Shown: in pieces, positions 31,206 to 40,643 of the stretch | How the letters are laid out: each line of letters opens with the position of its first letter | Position numbering within the stretch: the first letter of the stretch is position 1 | Source: a virus | Taxonomy: Duplodnaviria; Caudoviricetes | Virus record (IMG/VR): IMGVR_UViG_3300044613_003454 | Location: 1-52,813 of that record | Direction: 5' to 3' (one strand) | Length of the DNA stretch: 52,813 bases | The notes under the pieces: model-generated | Told to the model about the DNA's origin: nothing | What the model saw: only the letters and a program-made list of their open reading frames with translations | The model's database searches: none | Made by a program: the position numbers and the translations under genes

Positions 31206-33646
31206 CGGAGTCCGGCCATCAATTCCGCCATGGTGGGACGGCTGGGCTGGGCGATCGCCGCCAGCAGCTGCTCGTTCCCGCGGACAAGGGAGTTCAACGC
31301 CTGGTTCTGGGTGTACTGGTTACGCATGGCGTCAAGCTCCTGCTGACGCTGGATCCCCGCCAGCTCCACGGCGGCCCGCTGCTGGGCCACGGCCGTCTGC
31401 ATCTGCTGGTCCTGACGAATCCCGCCGGTGACGCTTCCCAGGGCCTCAAGGACCCGGAGCCGCTTCTCGTCCTCGGCCCCGATCGTGGCCCCGTGCAGCC
31501 CCGACGCCAGCTCGTAGGCCCCGTACACCGCCGCCAGCGGCCCGAGGAACCGCATCAACCCAGCCAGTTTCCCCGTCTGTCCGGCGATATTTGGAAGAGC
31601 GGACCCCGGCTGATTCACCGGTGGACGGAGGGCCAATGCACCACCCCTGGGACGAACAGCCAATTCCTTGCCGGCCTCGATCGGGCGGGGGACCGTGGAA
31701 CGGGCCAGGGCATAGTTGGTGCTGGTCCGTTCTCCACGGACACCGGCTCGGGGGAGCGGTTCCCTGGGACCCATGCCGGCGATCCTGGCAGGATCCCGCA
31801 GGACTATCGCCTTCTCCGGCTCCACCGGCGTACGGCGGACCGCACCCCCCGGCTCCGGAGTCATCGGATACTCCTTGGCCCCCGCCACGTTGGCGCGGGG
31901 AAGCGGTCCCCGGTCCGGACGAACTCCGCCCGCCGGCTCACCCTCAAGACGGGGAAGTTCGGGTTCAGCCGTCCGGGCCGCGGGCGTCGCCGTGCGTGCC
32001 GCCGTGGTAGCCGCTTCTTCAGCGGTCTCCAATGCAGGCTCGGCGGCAGCAGCGGCACCCTTGCCGGGCACGTTCTTGGCCTGCACTTCCCCCTTGAGCT
32101 CTGTCTTGCGGTTCTTGAAATACTCTCGGAGCTTGGCGACATCCCCCTCCTGGAGAAGGGCGAACGTCTGCTGCATGGTGCGAGCATTGCGGAAGTCCTT
32201 GTCGATCCCCTGCTCACGGATGAGCTGCTGGATCTCCCGGACCTTCGTCGCGCTGCTCACCTCCCGCAACGCTTTGAACATCTTTCTCGACCCCATCCTC
32301 AACGCCTTGTCGTTGTTGGCGTACTTGGCCCCCATGGTCTGCCCGAGGGCCTCGTCCGCCTTGGCCTTGATCCCGGCCTTGACCGCTTCCTTGGTCTTCG
32401 CGATGTCGATGACCCCCCCGCGCAGGCGGCCCTTGATGAAGACCTTGGGGTACATGTTGGAGACCCGGCGGAACTTCTGTTCCGGGCTCAGTGACGTGTC
32501 CTCCATCACCGACTTCAGTTCCATCGCGATGGGGGTCTGCGGGTAGCCACCCTCCATCTTCTGAAGGGCCGAGTACGCATTGGACACCATGTCGAAGTTC
32601 TTCTTCTCGACGGCCGTCATCGCGATCTTGCCGCGGAACGGTTCGAGGAACTTCGACGTTTTGCCGGTGAACGGCGTGAACCTGCGCCGCTTCATGTCTT
32701 CCGCGGAGATACCTCCTTCACGGATTTCCGCCTTGGTAAACCCGCTCTTCGCAGCCTGCTTCGGCTCGCGGGCGAGATCCCCCTTGGCGAGGGTCGCACG
32801 CATGCGGACCGCCTGCTTGGCTTCCGGCTTTGCAGCTTCCTGCTTCAGCCAGTTGTCCATGTACTGCTTGGCTTCCGGCGAGTCCGGCAGGTCTTCCAAC
32901 CGCTTCAGGCCCTGAGTGCTCTTCGAGAGGATGGCGGTCGGATTGACCCCGAGAGCCACCGCACGCTGTCGGAACTCTTCCGCCGCCTTGGCCCCGATCG
33001 TCGCCGGCCCAGCAGGGGTCTTCGCCGCAGGAGCATCCGGCACCCGCGGTTCCACCTTGGCCAGTTTCTCGGGGGCCTTGGCCTTGGGCGTCTTCCCGTC
33101 TCCCTTCTTGGCCTGGGGACCCTTGGGTTTAGGGGCCGCGGCAGGAGTCGGTTCGGGTGCGGCGGCCGGAGCCGGGGCAGCGGTGGCCTTCCCCCACTGA
33201 CCGCCAGACTGGGCCACCTTGACCGGGGCGGCATCGCCCATGTCCTGCAACCCGAACAGGATCCGCTTCGCCGAGTCTTCACCCTTGTTGGCCCGGTCCA
33301 GGATCTCCTGGATGTTGTCCTCGGTGACATCCGCCGGCTTCACGCCCTTCAGGCTCTTCGGCTTGGGGGCCGGAGCCTCGGGGGCCTTCGGTGCTTCCGG
33401 TTCCGGAGCCGCCACCGGTGCCCGTTCAGGGGCCGGACCAACCGCATAGCTTTCCCCGGTGTCGTGGATCTCCCCGGCCTTGAGAAGTTCCTTGAGCCGA
33501 TCTTTGGCAGCCTTGATCTTGTCAGGAGTTGACCTTCCAGCGCCGCTTGCGATGGTGAGCAACTCGGTTAGCTGCTTCTTCGTGATCGCCTTCGGCTTCT
33601 TCCCGAGCAGCTTGTCCGCTTCGGCCTTCATTTCAGCTGGAGTCAT
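31202..33646 (-). CDS. Lys/Ala/Pro-rich ejection-type protein
   Basis: 814 aa; PAK-rich segments and a hydrophobic stretch near the C-terminus. Confidence 0.7.
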   Translation of the reverse strand: MTPAEMKAEADKLLGKKPKAITKKQLTELLTIASGAGRSTPDKIKAAKDRLKELLKAGEIHDTGESYAVGPAPERAPVAAPEPEAPKAPEAPAPKPKSLKGVKPADVTEDNIQEILDRANKGEDSAKRILFGLQDMGDAAPVKVAQSGGQWGKATAAPAPAAAPEPTPAAAPKPKGPQAKKGDGKTPKAKAPEKLAKVEPRVPDAPAAKTPAGPATIGAKAAEEFRQRAVALGVNPTAILSKSTQGLKRLEDLPDSPEAKQYMDNWLKQEAAKPEAKQAVRMRATLAKGDLAREPKQAAKSGFTKAEIREGGISAEDMKRRRFTPFTGKTSKFLEPFRGKIAMTAVEKKNFDMVSNAYSALQKMEGGYPQTPIAMELKSVMEDTSLSPEQKFRRVSNMYPKVFIKGRLRGGVIDIAKTKEAVKAGIKAKADEALGQTMGAKYANNDKALRMGSRKMFKALREVSSATKVREIQQLIREQGIDKDFRNARTMQQTFALLQEGDVAKLREYFKNRKTELKGEVQAKNVPGKGAAAAAEPALETAEEAATTAARTATPAARTAEPELPRLEGEPAGGVRPDRGPLPRANVAGAKEYPMTPEPGGAVRRTPVEPEKAIVLRDPARIAGMGPREPLPRAGVRGERTSTNYALARSTVPRPIEAGKELAVRPRGGALALRPPVNQPGSALPNIAGQTGKLAGLMRFLGPLAAVYGAYELASGLHGATIGAEDEKRLRVLEALGSVTGGIRQDQQMQTAVAQQRAAVELAGIQRQQELDAMRNQYTQNQALNSLVRGNEQLLAAIAQPSRPTMAELMAGLR

Positions 33647-35301
33647 TGTCCGCCTTCCATCTCGCTGAGGAGAGATTCAAGCCTCTGGGTCTCGATGTCC
33701 GATGCGGCCATGCCGCCCTGTCCGAGGATCTGTTCTTGACGGAGCCGTTCCTCTTCACCCAGGGCTGCACCACGGGCTCCGAGTTCGCCGGCCTGGGCCT
33801 GCTGTGCCTTCAGCATCTGCAAGATCACGCGGGGATCCAGGTTCTGCAACTCGGGCTCGGCCCGGGTCAGTGCCTCGATCACCCCCAACAACTCCTGGTC
33901 TCCCATGCCGTAACCGGTGAGCTGCTGCCGAAGGGCCCCGAGCTGCTGCGATCCTTCCGCGGTGGCATAGGCGGCCATCGCATTCCGGTACGCACCACCG
34001 AGATCGAACTTTGAGTGGTCCACGATCTTCTGTCCACCCATCAACTTCGAGTCATCCCCGACCGCCTGCACCGCGTCGATGATCCGACCGACCCCGGTCA
34101 GGGTTTCCCCGAGCACCTCGCTCAACGCCCCATCCGCCCCGCTCGTCCCGAGCCGAGCGAAGGTCTGCGTCCGATTCTCGGCCAGGCCCTCGACGGACTC
34201 CAGCATCCCCATGATCTGGGCGTCGGACATGCCGGCCTGCCGAAGCTGCCCCAGTCCAGCCGCGATCTCCCCCTTGATTGCATCCTGCTGCTGTTGGTTC
34301 AGGTCTCCTGTCCAGTCTTCGCTGCGGCCCAGGCGGGCACCTCCGGCGAGCACCTTCATCATCGCCGCCTTCACGACATCCTTCTGGCCAGCCTTCATCC
34401 CAAGCCCGTCGGAGTGGTTGTCGAGGGCCCGCTCCATGATCGCCGCCGTCATCGCCAGCGGACTCTTGGTCGAGTCCGAAAGGCGTTCCCGGTAGTCCTC
34501 CGGGTTCGAGATCCCGAGAATCGACTCCCCAAGGTTCTCCAGCAGGATCTCTCCGCCTGCGGTGAACAAGCCAAGACCGGTCGTGACCGGAACCCCCTGA
34601 GCCATTTGCACGCGGCCCATCTGCCCCCAGAACCCGTTGCCTCGGGTGACATCGAGGAAGGCGTCGTCGATCGCCCGGGTCATCGCGTCCTCGGCCCCGG
34701 TCCGCTGGGTCATCATGGCGCTCTGGAACGACTGCAACTTACCCATGACCTCGGTGCCCCGCTCCTCCTTGGTCGTGGTCGCAAGCTGGTGGGCCGCCAT
34801 GGTGGAGTTCATGGCCATCTCCAGGTTGCGAGCCTGGGCGTCCAGTGCCTTCCGCTGGTTCCGCATCTCGACCAGTCGCGGGTCGTTGCGGGATGACGCC
34901 AGGATCTGGGCGTCCACCTTCCGCTTCTCGGCCTCGATCTGCTGCAACCGGACCGAGGTCCGGTTCTGCATCATCATCAGTTCCTTGCTCTGCGCTTGGG
35001 ACTGCTCGAACTGACCCTGCTGCTGGGCCATCTCCTGCTGGGCCATCCGCTCACGACTGGCGTTCAGCTGGGCGTAGTCGGCGGACTGGGCCGCCTGGGC
35101 CTGCTGCTGCATCTGTGCCTGGGCCGCCAGCTCGGTCTGCTGCATCTGGGCCCGGTTCGCCTCGGACTCCGCCTGCTGCCGAAGCGCCTGCCCCTGGAGC
35201 CCCACATTCGCCTTCGTCTCGAAGTTGCGACGGGCGACCTCAAGGTTGCCGACCCCGGCCGCAAGCTGCTGGAGGAACGGGTCCGCGTCAAACTGGCTCA
35301 T
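33643..35301 (-). CDS. Gln-rich ejection-type protein
   Basis: 552 aa coiled coil. Confidence 0.7.
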   Translation of the reverse strand: MSQFDADPFLQQLAAGVGNLEVARRNFETKANVGLQGQALRQQAESEANRAQMQQTELAAQAQMQQQAQAAQSADYAQLNASRERMAQQEMAQQQGQFEQSQAQSKELMMMQNRTSVRLQQIEAEKRKVDAQILASSRNDPRLVEMRNQRKALDAQARNLEMAMNSTMAAHQLATTTKEERGTEVMGKLQSFQSAMMTQRTGAEDAMTRAIDDAFLDVTRGNGFWGQMGRVQMAQGVPVTTGLGLFTAGGEILLENLGESILGISNPEDYRERLSDSTKSPLAMTAAIMERALDNHSDGLGMKAGQKDVVKAAMMKVLAGGARLGRSEDWTGDLNQQQQDAIKGEIAAGLGQLRQAGMSDAQIMGMLESVEGLAENRTQTFARLGTSGADGALSEVLGETLTGVGRIIDAVQAVGDDSKLMGGQKIVDHSKFDLGGAYRNAMAAYATAEGSQQLGALRQQLTGYGMGDQELLGVIEALTRAEPELQNLDPRVILQMLKAQQAQAGELGARGAALGEEERLRQEQILGQGGMAASDIETQRLESLLSEMEGGQ

Positions 35302-36542
35302 CGACCGCCTCCGAACTCAGGCGTGGGGGTGAACGTGATGCCCGGCGTGGTCATCGCAGAGATGTACCCGGTGAGGGCCGCGAACATGCTGGTGGCCCCA
35401 CGCCGGTTGCCCATGATCATCGAGTACATGTCCTTGTATCCGTTCGCCAGGAGGCCGACCGCCTGCAACTCGCTGGCCGCGGACATCTGCTCCATCGTCG
35501 TGTTCAGGCTGGCCGACAGCTGGGTCATCGCGTCCCGGCTTCGCTGGGCGTCGAGCGTCTGGGCCCCGAACGCGGTGCCGATCTGACCCCGCAGCTGACC
35601 GCCGGCCATCGCAGTCTGGCTCTGGGCCATCGTGAGCTGCGAGAGGTTCTGGCCCATCTGGGCCATCGTGTCGTTCAGCCCGGTGTAGATCTGGTTGACG
35701 CCCTGGCTGACCTGCTCGCTCACGGCCTGCTGCATGTTCTGGGTCATGGCCGCCTTCTCCGCCGGCGTCATCATCGACCCGTCCGGATTGCGGCCCATCT
35801 CGATCGACCGCATCTGGTTCTGCACCTGCCGCTCCAGCCCAACCCTAAGATCAGACGCCTGCTGGGCACTGCGGTCCTGGTAACCCGCGATCGTCTTCTC
35901 GTACTGCTGACGGGCCTCGGCCGCGAACTGGTTGGCCTGGGTGATGTCCTGCCCAACCGCCCCCATCTGCTGGTCCCGGAACCGCTCGAACTCCTGGAGC
36001 CCCTGCTGGCCCTGCTGCTGAACCTGCTGGGCGATCCCGCCCAGGTTCTGCCGCATCGCCTGATCCTGGTTCCGGATCGCCTGGGCCCCTTGCTGGAGCT
36101 GCTGGCCGAACTGCCCGATCGCCTGTTCCCCGCGACCGAACTGCTCGTTCATGATCCCCTGCTGGTTCCCCATGTCCTGGAAGATCGCTCCCCCCAGGAG
36201 GGTCCGCCACGCGGCATCGTTGATCGCCGACTGCTGACGGGGTCCAAAGTTCTGATTGGGCTGACCCATGCCCATCCGCCTACGGGCCGCATCAGCCGGC
36301 GTGGTTCCGGTCATTCCCGGACGAGACTGGAAACCAGCCTGTCGCTGCTGTGCCGCCTGCTGTCCCTGCCCCTGGAGCTCGCGAAGCCGGTCCATCGGAT
36401 TGAACGATCCGGGGCCCATCGTCTGGGGGACATTGGACCGACCGCGATAAGTGGATCGTCGAGCCTGGGGTCCGAACGGGGAGAAGTTGGCGACCGGGTC
36501 GTAGTTGCCCTGTCCGAAGTTGGGTACGTTGAACTGGCTCAT
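35298..36542 (-). CDS. Gln/Met-rich ejection-type protein (414 aa)
   Basis: Start at ATG 36542 (TGATG overlap), MSQFNVPNFG.. Confidence 0.7.
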   Translation of the reverse strand: MSQFNVPNFGQGNYDPVANFSPFGPQARRSTYRGRSNVPQTMGPGSFNPMDRLRELQGQGQQAAQQRQAGFQSRPGMTGTTPADAARRRMGMGQPNQNFGPRQQSAINDAAWRTLLGGAIFQDMGNQQGIMNEQFGRGEQAIGQFGQQLQQGAQAIRNQDQAMRQNLGGIAQQVQQQGQQGLQEFERFRDQQMGAVGQDITQANQFAAEARQQYEKTIAGYQDRSAQQASDLRVGLERQVQNQMRSIEMGRNPDGSMMTPAEKAAMTQNMQQAVSEQVSQGVNQIYTGLNDTMAQMGQNLSQLTMAQSQTAMAGGQLRGQIGTAFGAQTLDAQRSRDAMTQLSASLNTTMEQMSAASELQAVGLLANGYKDMYSMIMGNRRGATSMFAALTGYISAMTTPGITFTPTPEFGGGR

Positions 36543-39500
36543 CAGCTTCCTCGGGTGGTTGCGGACCGTTCCATGGTGAGGATATTGCCCCGGACCGAGC
36601 ACGCCAGGAGTCGGTAGTCCAGATCGGGGCAGAAGATCCTGACACCAGGGCTCAACGAGTTGCCCTTGGCCCCGTACCGCCCATCGGAAGAATCGGTACC
36701 GAAGGCCGCATAAACCAGCCCTTCCCCGTCTTCGATCGACCCGTACAGGCTCCCGTCCGTCTCCTTCGTCTGTGCCTTCGCCACCGGATCCTCGTCCGTC
36801 CCCGAATACAGCACTCCCATGAACCGGTTCATCGGGTTGTTGGCGGTCAGGGTGTCCGTCACCGGGGGCCCGGCCACGTCCGTGAACGCACAGCCCACCG
36901 TATGGGCCATCTTGATCCGGAAGAAGTCGGCCAGCGAGAACACCTGGTTGACCTCGTTGTTCAACCCCAGGTTGTGGCCGACCCACTCGAAGTACACCGG
37001 GCTCACCCCGAACACCATCCCCGAGTGGATGTCCGCCGTCCACGTGGGCACGGTATCCACCGTCACCCCCACTGATGTGTTGGAGACGATCCGGGTCTTC
37101 TTGCCCACATGCTGCGGATGGGTGGCCGAATGCACGCAGTACAGGTAACACCCGGTCCAAGCATTGGCGGACGTGATCGTGGGCGTCAATCCAGTGGGGG
37201 AGATGGCAAACGTCCCCGTCGAGATCGCCCCTGTCGCGATCACCCGGGAGTCCCCGTCGAAGTCGAGGGTGGTGATCCGCCGGTTCCCGTTCCAGCTCGC
37301 GGTGCCACCTACGATCGACTTGCTCCGGGCGTAGTCCACGACATACACCCGCGGCCCTGACCAGCCCACGGCCCCAGCCGGAGGGTTCATCAGGAACATC
37401 GCCCGCCGCTGCAACGGGTTCGCGTACTCGCTGGACGTGAAGTTGCTGGGCCACGCCCCCTGGGCCACGTGGTCGAACACCAGGTCTTCCAGCTTCGTGG
37501 TCTTGGCGGTCGAGAACCACAGGCAGTAGGCCTCCTCCTTGTTCGGGTTGAGGAGGAACATGGTGTTCATCGTCGGGTCGTACCCGAGCTGGATGTCGTT
37601 CATGTCCGACACCCACTCCTTCACGAACACCTGGTTCAGGATCCGGAGCTCATCGAGCTGGGCCTGTGCGTCCACCGCCTTCAGCCCGTGGGGGCTCGCG
37701 TAGTACGCCACGCTGCCGACCGCATCCACCGCCTTGTGGTTGACGACCCCGTAGCCCTCGTGCATCTCCTGGATGCGGATGAACCCGCCGCTCTTGCGGA
37801 TGTGGTACACCCGGTCCTTGGAGATCCCGAGCGCGTTCGCACCCACCTTCGAGAACGTGATCACCTCGCTGCTCGGAAGCGTCGGGTTGTACCGGTTGAA
37901 CGGGGGGAACAGCTCGGGGCTGAACTCCTGGAGACTCGACCACCGCATCTCCCCCAGGCCCTTGTTGATGTCCTCGACCCGCACCGTCTCCTCGGACGAG
38001 TCGGGCTGGGCGTCGATCTTCGAGACGATCATCGTGCCGTCGTAGAACAGGGCCGCCCCGCCGAACGGCATCTTCTGGTCGAAGATGCTGCGGTCGATGT
38101 ACGGGGTCTGGTACACGAGCTGCTTGTCCTCCAGCTCGTAGAAGTACATGGCGTGCCGGTTGTCCGTGACCGCCGGATCGAAGGTGCGACCGGTCCCGTT
38201 CTTGCAGGTGTGGTAGTCCTCCAGGTAGATGATCGCGTCGAGGAACGGGATCCCGGCCACCATCGTGCCGCCGGCATCCTGGATCTTCACGCTCCGGTAC
38301 ACGTACATCAGGTCGTACTTGCCCGAGTCGTACACGATCTCGATGCCCACGTACTGCTCACGCTGCACGTTGGTGTTGTTCGTCGAGACCCGGAAGTCCT
38401 CGGCCCGTGCCTGGGCCACCTCGCTGAACGCGCTCTTCCGCCCGGTCCTGGAATCGACCAGCATGTACCCGAACGCATAGTCGCCGGGCTCCAGCTTCCT
38501 GGCCCGGAACAGGTCCTCCGTCACGAACCAGCTGGTAGAGCTCGTGAACTTGTATTCGCAGCTGGTGCTCCTGCGGCCCCTGATCCGCCAGTAATACTTG
38601 GTGTTGTACTCAAGCTTCCCTGACGCGAACAACGCCGACGGCTCGTACTTCGTGACCGTCAACGCCGTGGCCACCCGCAGCTCGTCGTCGTCGTTGATGT
38701 CCCCTGCTCCCTGCTTGCCGAAGTACACATCCCACACGAGGTCGGTCGGCAAGGCCATGCCGGCGGTGTGGAAGGTGCTCCAGTCGAGCTCCGGGGTCAC
38801 CGACACGTTGGTCTGCTTGTAGGACGGGTTGATCAACACCGTCCTCAACCCGACGTTGACCTCGGTCTGTGCCGCATCGCACGCCGTCCCCAACGGGGAG
38901 ATGGGGGACGGAGGACTCGTGCTGCCCGGGGTAGGAGGGGTCGGCAGGGTGTCCGTCGAGCACAGACCCGTCACCGAGTTTGGGAAGATGTCGGTGCTCG
39001 CGTACGGCTCCGATTCCCGCATCACGATCTGGGCCGCACCCGGACGGTTGTCGTCAAGCGAGATGAAGTCCCCGATGGGGACGCTCGACTCGGGGCTCTT
39101 CAGCAGCGGCTGCAACCCGGGACCGGGCAAGTCCCCGCTCACGGTGGATCCCACCACCACGTTGGTGAAGAAATACGTGCTCGAATACTTCACCATCAGC
39201 TTCGGACGGATGCTGGTGTTCGCCTGTTCCTTGGAGGCGACATGGACGATGTTTCCCCCACTGATCCCGCGGACGAGGAAGTCGGTCTTGAACCCGAAGT
39301 CCTGCGGCCGTCCGGCGGTGGTGAGGCAGGCCTGCACCAGGGTCTTCACGTCCGTCACCACCCGGCCCTTGTATGCGGCCGGAAGGGTCTTGGCCGCGGT
39401 GGGGCTGCCGGCGGTGGTCCCGCCCGCAGTCTGCCAGTTCACCGCAGTGGCCCGGATGTCCCAGGTCACCTCGTTCTCGACCCAGTACGTGTTGGTGTCC

Positions 39501-40237
39501 GACGGGTCGTTCACCAGGAGGATGTCGAGCGAGGTCGATGCCGCGGTGTTGAAGTTCTCGGTGACGGTGAACTCCAGCGTCGCTTCCTCGACGGTCTGGT
39601 TGGACTCGGCCGTGGTGTTGAACCGAAACAGCGACTTGTTGTTGTAGGTGCTCGGCGAGGTGCCGGCGATCCGGAGGTTCTGCTGGCCGCCGTAGTTGGT
39701 GGTCGCGTTGGCGGAGTCGATGTACGAGTCAGCCTCGGGGTAGTACACCTTCTCGTTGGTGGCGTCCACGTAGAACAGGGACGGGCTGCGACCGGTGGCG
39801 AAGCAGTACACGAACCGGCCCGCCACCTCGCAGTCGAACTGGGCCGCGGTATCCACGGCGTCCATCAGCTTGACCACCCGGGTCCAGGACTGCGTGCCTG
39901 AGTTCCAGTAATCGAGGAACACGTCCGATACAGTGGGGGTCGCAGGCCTCTTGGCCCGGTACACGAATCCGTACCCGTAGTGCTCGGCCCCGATCCGGAA
40001 GTCGATCGGATGGAAATCCACCACCTCGGACGCTGCGGAATGGTTGGCTACGCCGGGAAGATCCGAGAAGGTGAAGACCCGCTTGAAGCCGGGGAACGGA
40101 CGGAGACCGCCCTCGTCGGAACCGTCCACGCCGGTGAGCTCGGCCGCCAGGCCCTTCTGCACGCCGGGGCGGGACAGTCGCTTATCCAGGGTTGTCTCGA
40201 TGAGCGGGTAGGCCCACTCGGTCTTCATGTCGGCCAT
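36542..40237 (-). CDS. Tail nozzle/tubular-B-like protein with DNRLRE (CBM96)-like and FN3-like inserts
   Basis: 1231 aa; EADSYIDSANATTNYG..SLFRFN..WVENEVTW..SKE..RPKLMV; YYWRIRG; beta-propeller-like C-terminal half. Confidence 0.7.
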   Translation of the reverse strand: MADMKTEWAYPLIETTLDKRLSRPGVQKGLAAELTGVDGSDEGGLRPFPGFKRVFTFSDLPGVANHSAASEVVDFHPIDFRIGAEHYGYGFVYRAKRPATPTVSDVFLDYWNSGTQSWTRVVKLMDAVDTAAQFDCEVAGRFVYCFATGRSPSLFYVDATNEKVYYPEADSYIDSANATTNYGGQQNLRIAGTSPSTYNNKSLFRFNTTAESNQTVEEATLEFTVTENFNTAASTSLDILLVNDPSDTNTYWVENEVTWDIRATAVNWQTAGGTTAGSPTAAKTLPAAYKGRVVTDVKTLVQACLTTAGRPQDFGFKTDFLVRGISGGNIVHVASKEQANTSIRPKLMVKYSSTYFFTNVVVGSTVSGDLPGPGLQPLLKSPESSVPIGDFISLDDNRPGAAQIVMRESEPYASTDIFPNSVTGLCSTDTLPTPPTPGSTSPPSPISPLGTACDAAQTEVNVGLRTVLINPSYKQTNVSVTPELDWSTFHTAGMALPTDLVWDVYFGKQGAGDINDDDELRVATALTVTKYEPSALFASGKLEYNTKYYWRIRGRRSTSCEYKFTSSTSWFVTEDLFRARKLEPGDYAFGYMLVDSRTGRKSAFSEVAQARAEDFRVSTNNTNVQREQYVGIEIVYDSGKYDLMYVYRSVKIQDAGGTMVAGIPFLDAIIYLEDYHTCKNGTGRTFDPAVTDNRHAMYFYELEDKQLVYQTPYIDRSIFDQKMPFGGAALFYDGTMIVSKIDAQPDSSEETVRVEDINKGLGEMRWSSLQEFSPELFPPFNRYNPTLPSSEVITFSKVGANALGISKDRVYHIRKSGGFIRIQEMHEGYGVVNHKAVDAVGSVAYYASPHGLKAVDAQAQLDELRILNQVFVKEWVSDMNDIQLGYDPTMNTMFLLNPNKEEAYCLWFSTAKTTKLEDLVFDHVAQGAWPSNFTSSEYANPLQRRAMFLMNPPAGAVGWSGPRVYVVDYARSKSIVGGTASWNGNRRITTLDFDGDSRVIATGAISTGTFAISPTGLTPTITSANAWTGCYLYCVHSATHPQHVGKKTRIVSNTSVGVTVDTVPTWTADIHSGMVFGVSPVYFEWVGHNLGLNNEVNQVFSLADFFRIKMAHTVGCAFTDVAGPPVTDTLTANNPMNRFMGVLYSGTDEDPVAKAQTKETDGSLYGSIEDGEGLVYAAFGTDSSDGRYGAKGNSLSPGVRIFCPDLDYRLLACSVRGNILTMERSATTRGS

Positions 40238-40277
40238 CGGGGAACCTCGTTGCCCATAGTATCGGACAACGCCCCGG

Positions 40278-40643
40278 TCAAGGCCATTTGCCCTTGGGAC
40301 AGGTGGCTGCCGGCATCCTCGTCTTGACGGTCAGTTCGGCCCTGGCTTTCTTGCCGCACCCGCATGCCTTGCACCAGCCGACCTGGTCCGGTTCCTTCGA
40401 GGGTTCCAGGCTCGGGCAGGACCGGCAGGCATCAAGCCGCTTCCGGACATCGTCCTCGCTGATGAACTGGGTCAGCAAGGACACTTCCGCGCGGGCGTAC
40501 GAGACCGCCTTCTGGAAGAAGGACTTGGTTTCCGGTTCAGGTTCCGGGGGCCTCGCAGGCACGTTCCGGTCCTCGACCCTTGCCCTGAGCATCCCGTTCG
40601 GCGGTGTCAACGCACTGATGTAGTGATGTCCGTTCAGAGACAT
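40278..40643 (-). CDS. Cys-rich zinc-finger-like protein (121 aa)
   Basis: RLDACRSC..WCKACGC..K..ATCPKGKW; ATG 40643. Confidence 0.7.
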   Translation of the reverse strand: MSLNGHHYISALTPPNGMLRARVEDRNVPARPPEPEPETKSFFQKAVSYARAEVSLLTQFISEDDVRKRLDACRSCPSLEPSKEPDQVGWCKACGCGKKARAELTVKTRMPAATCPKGKWP

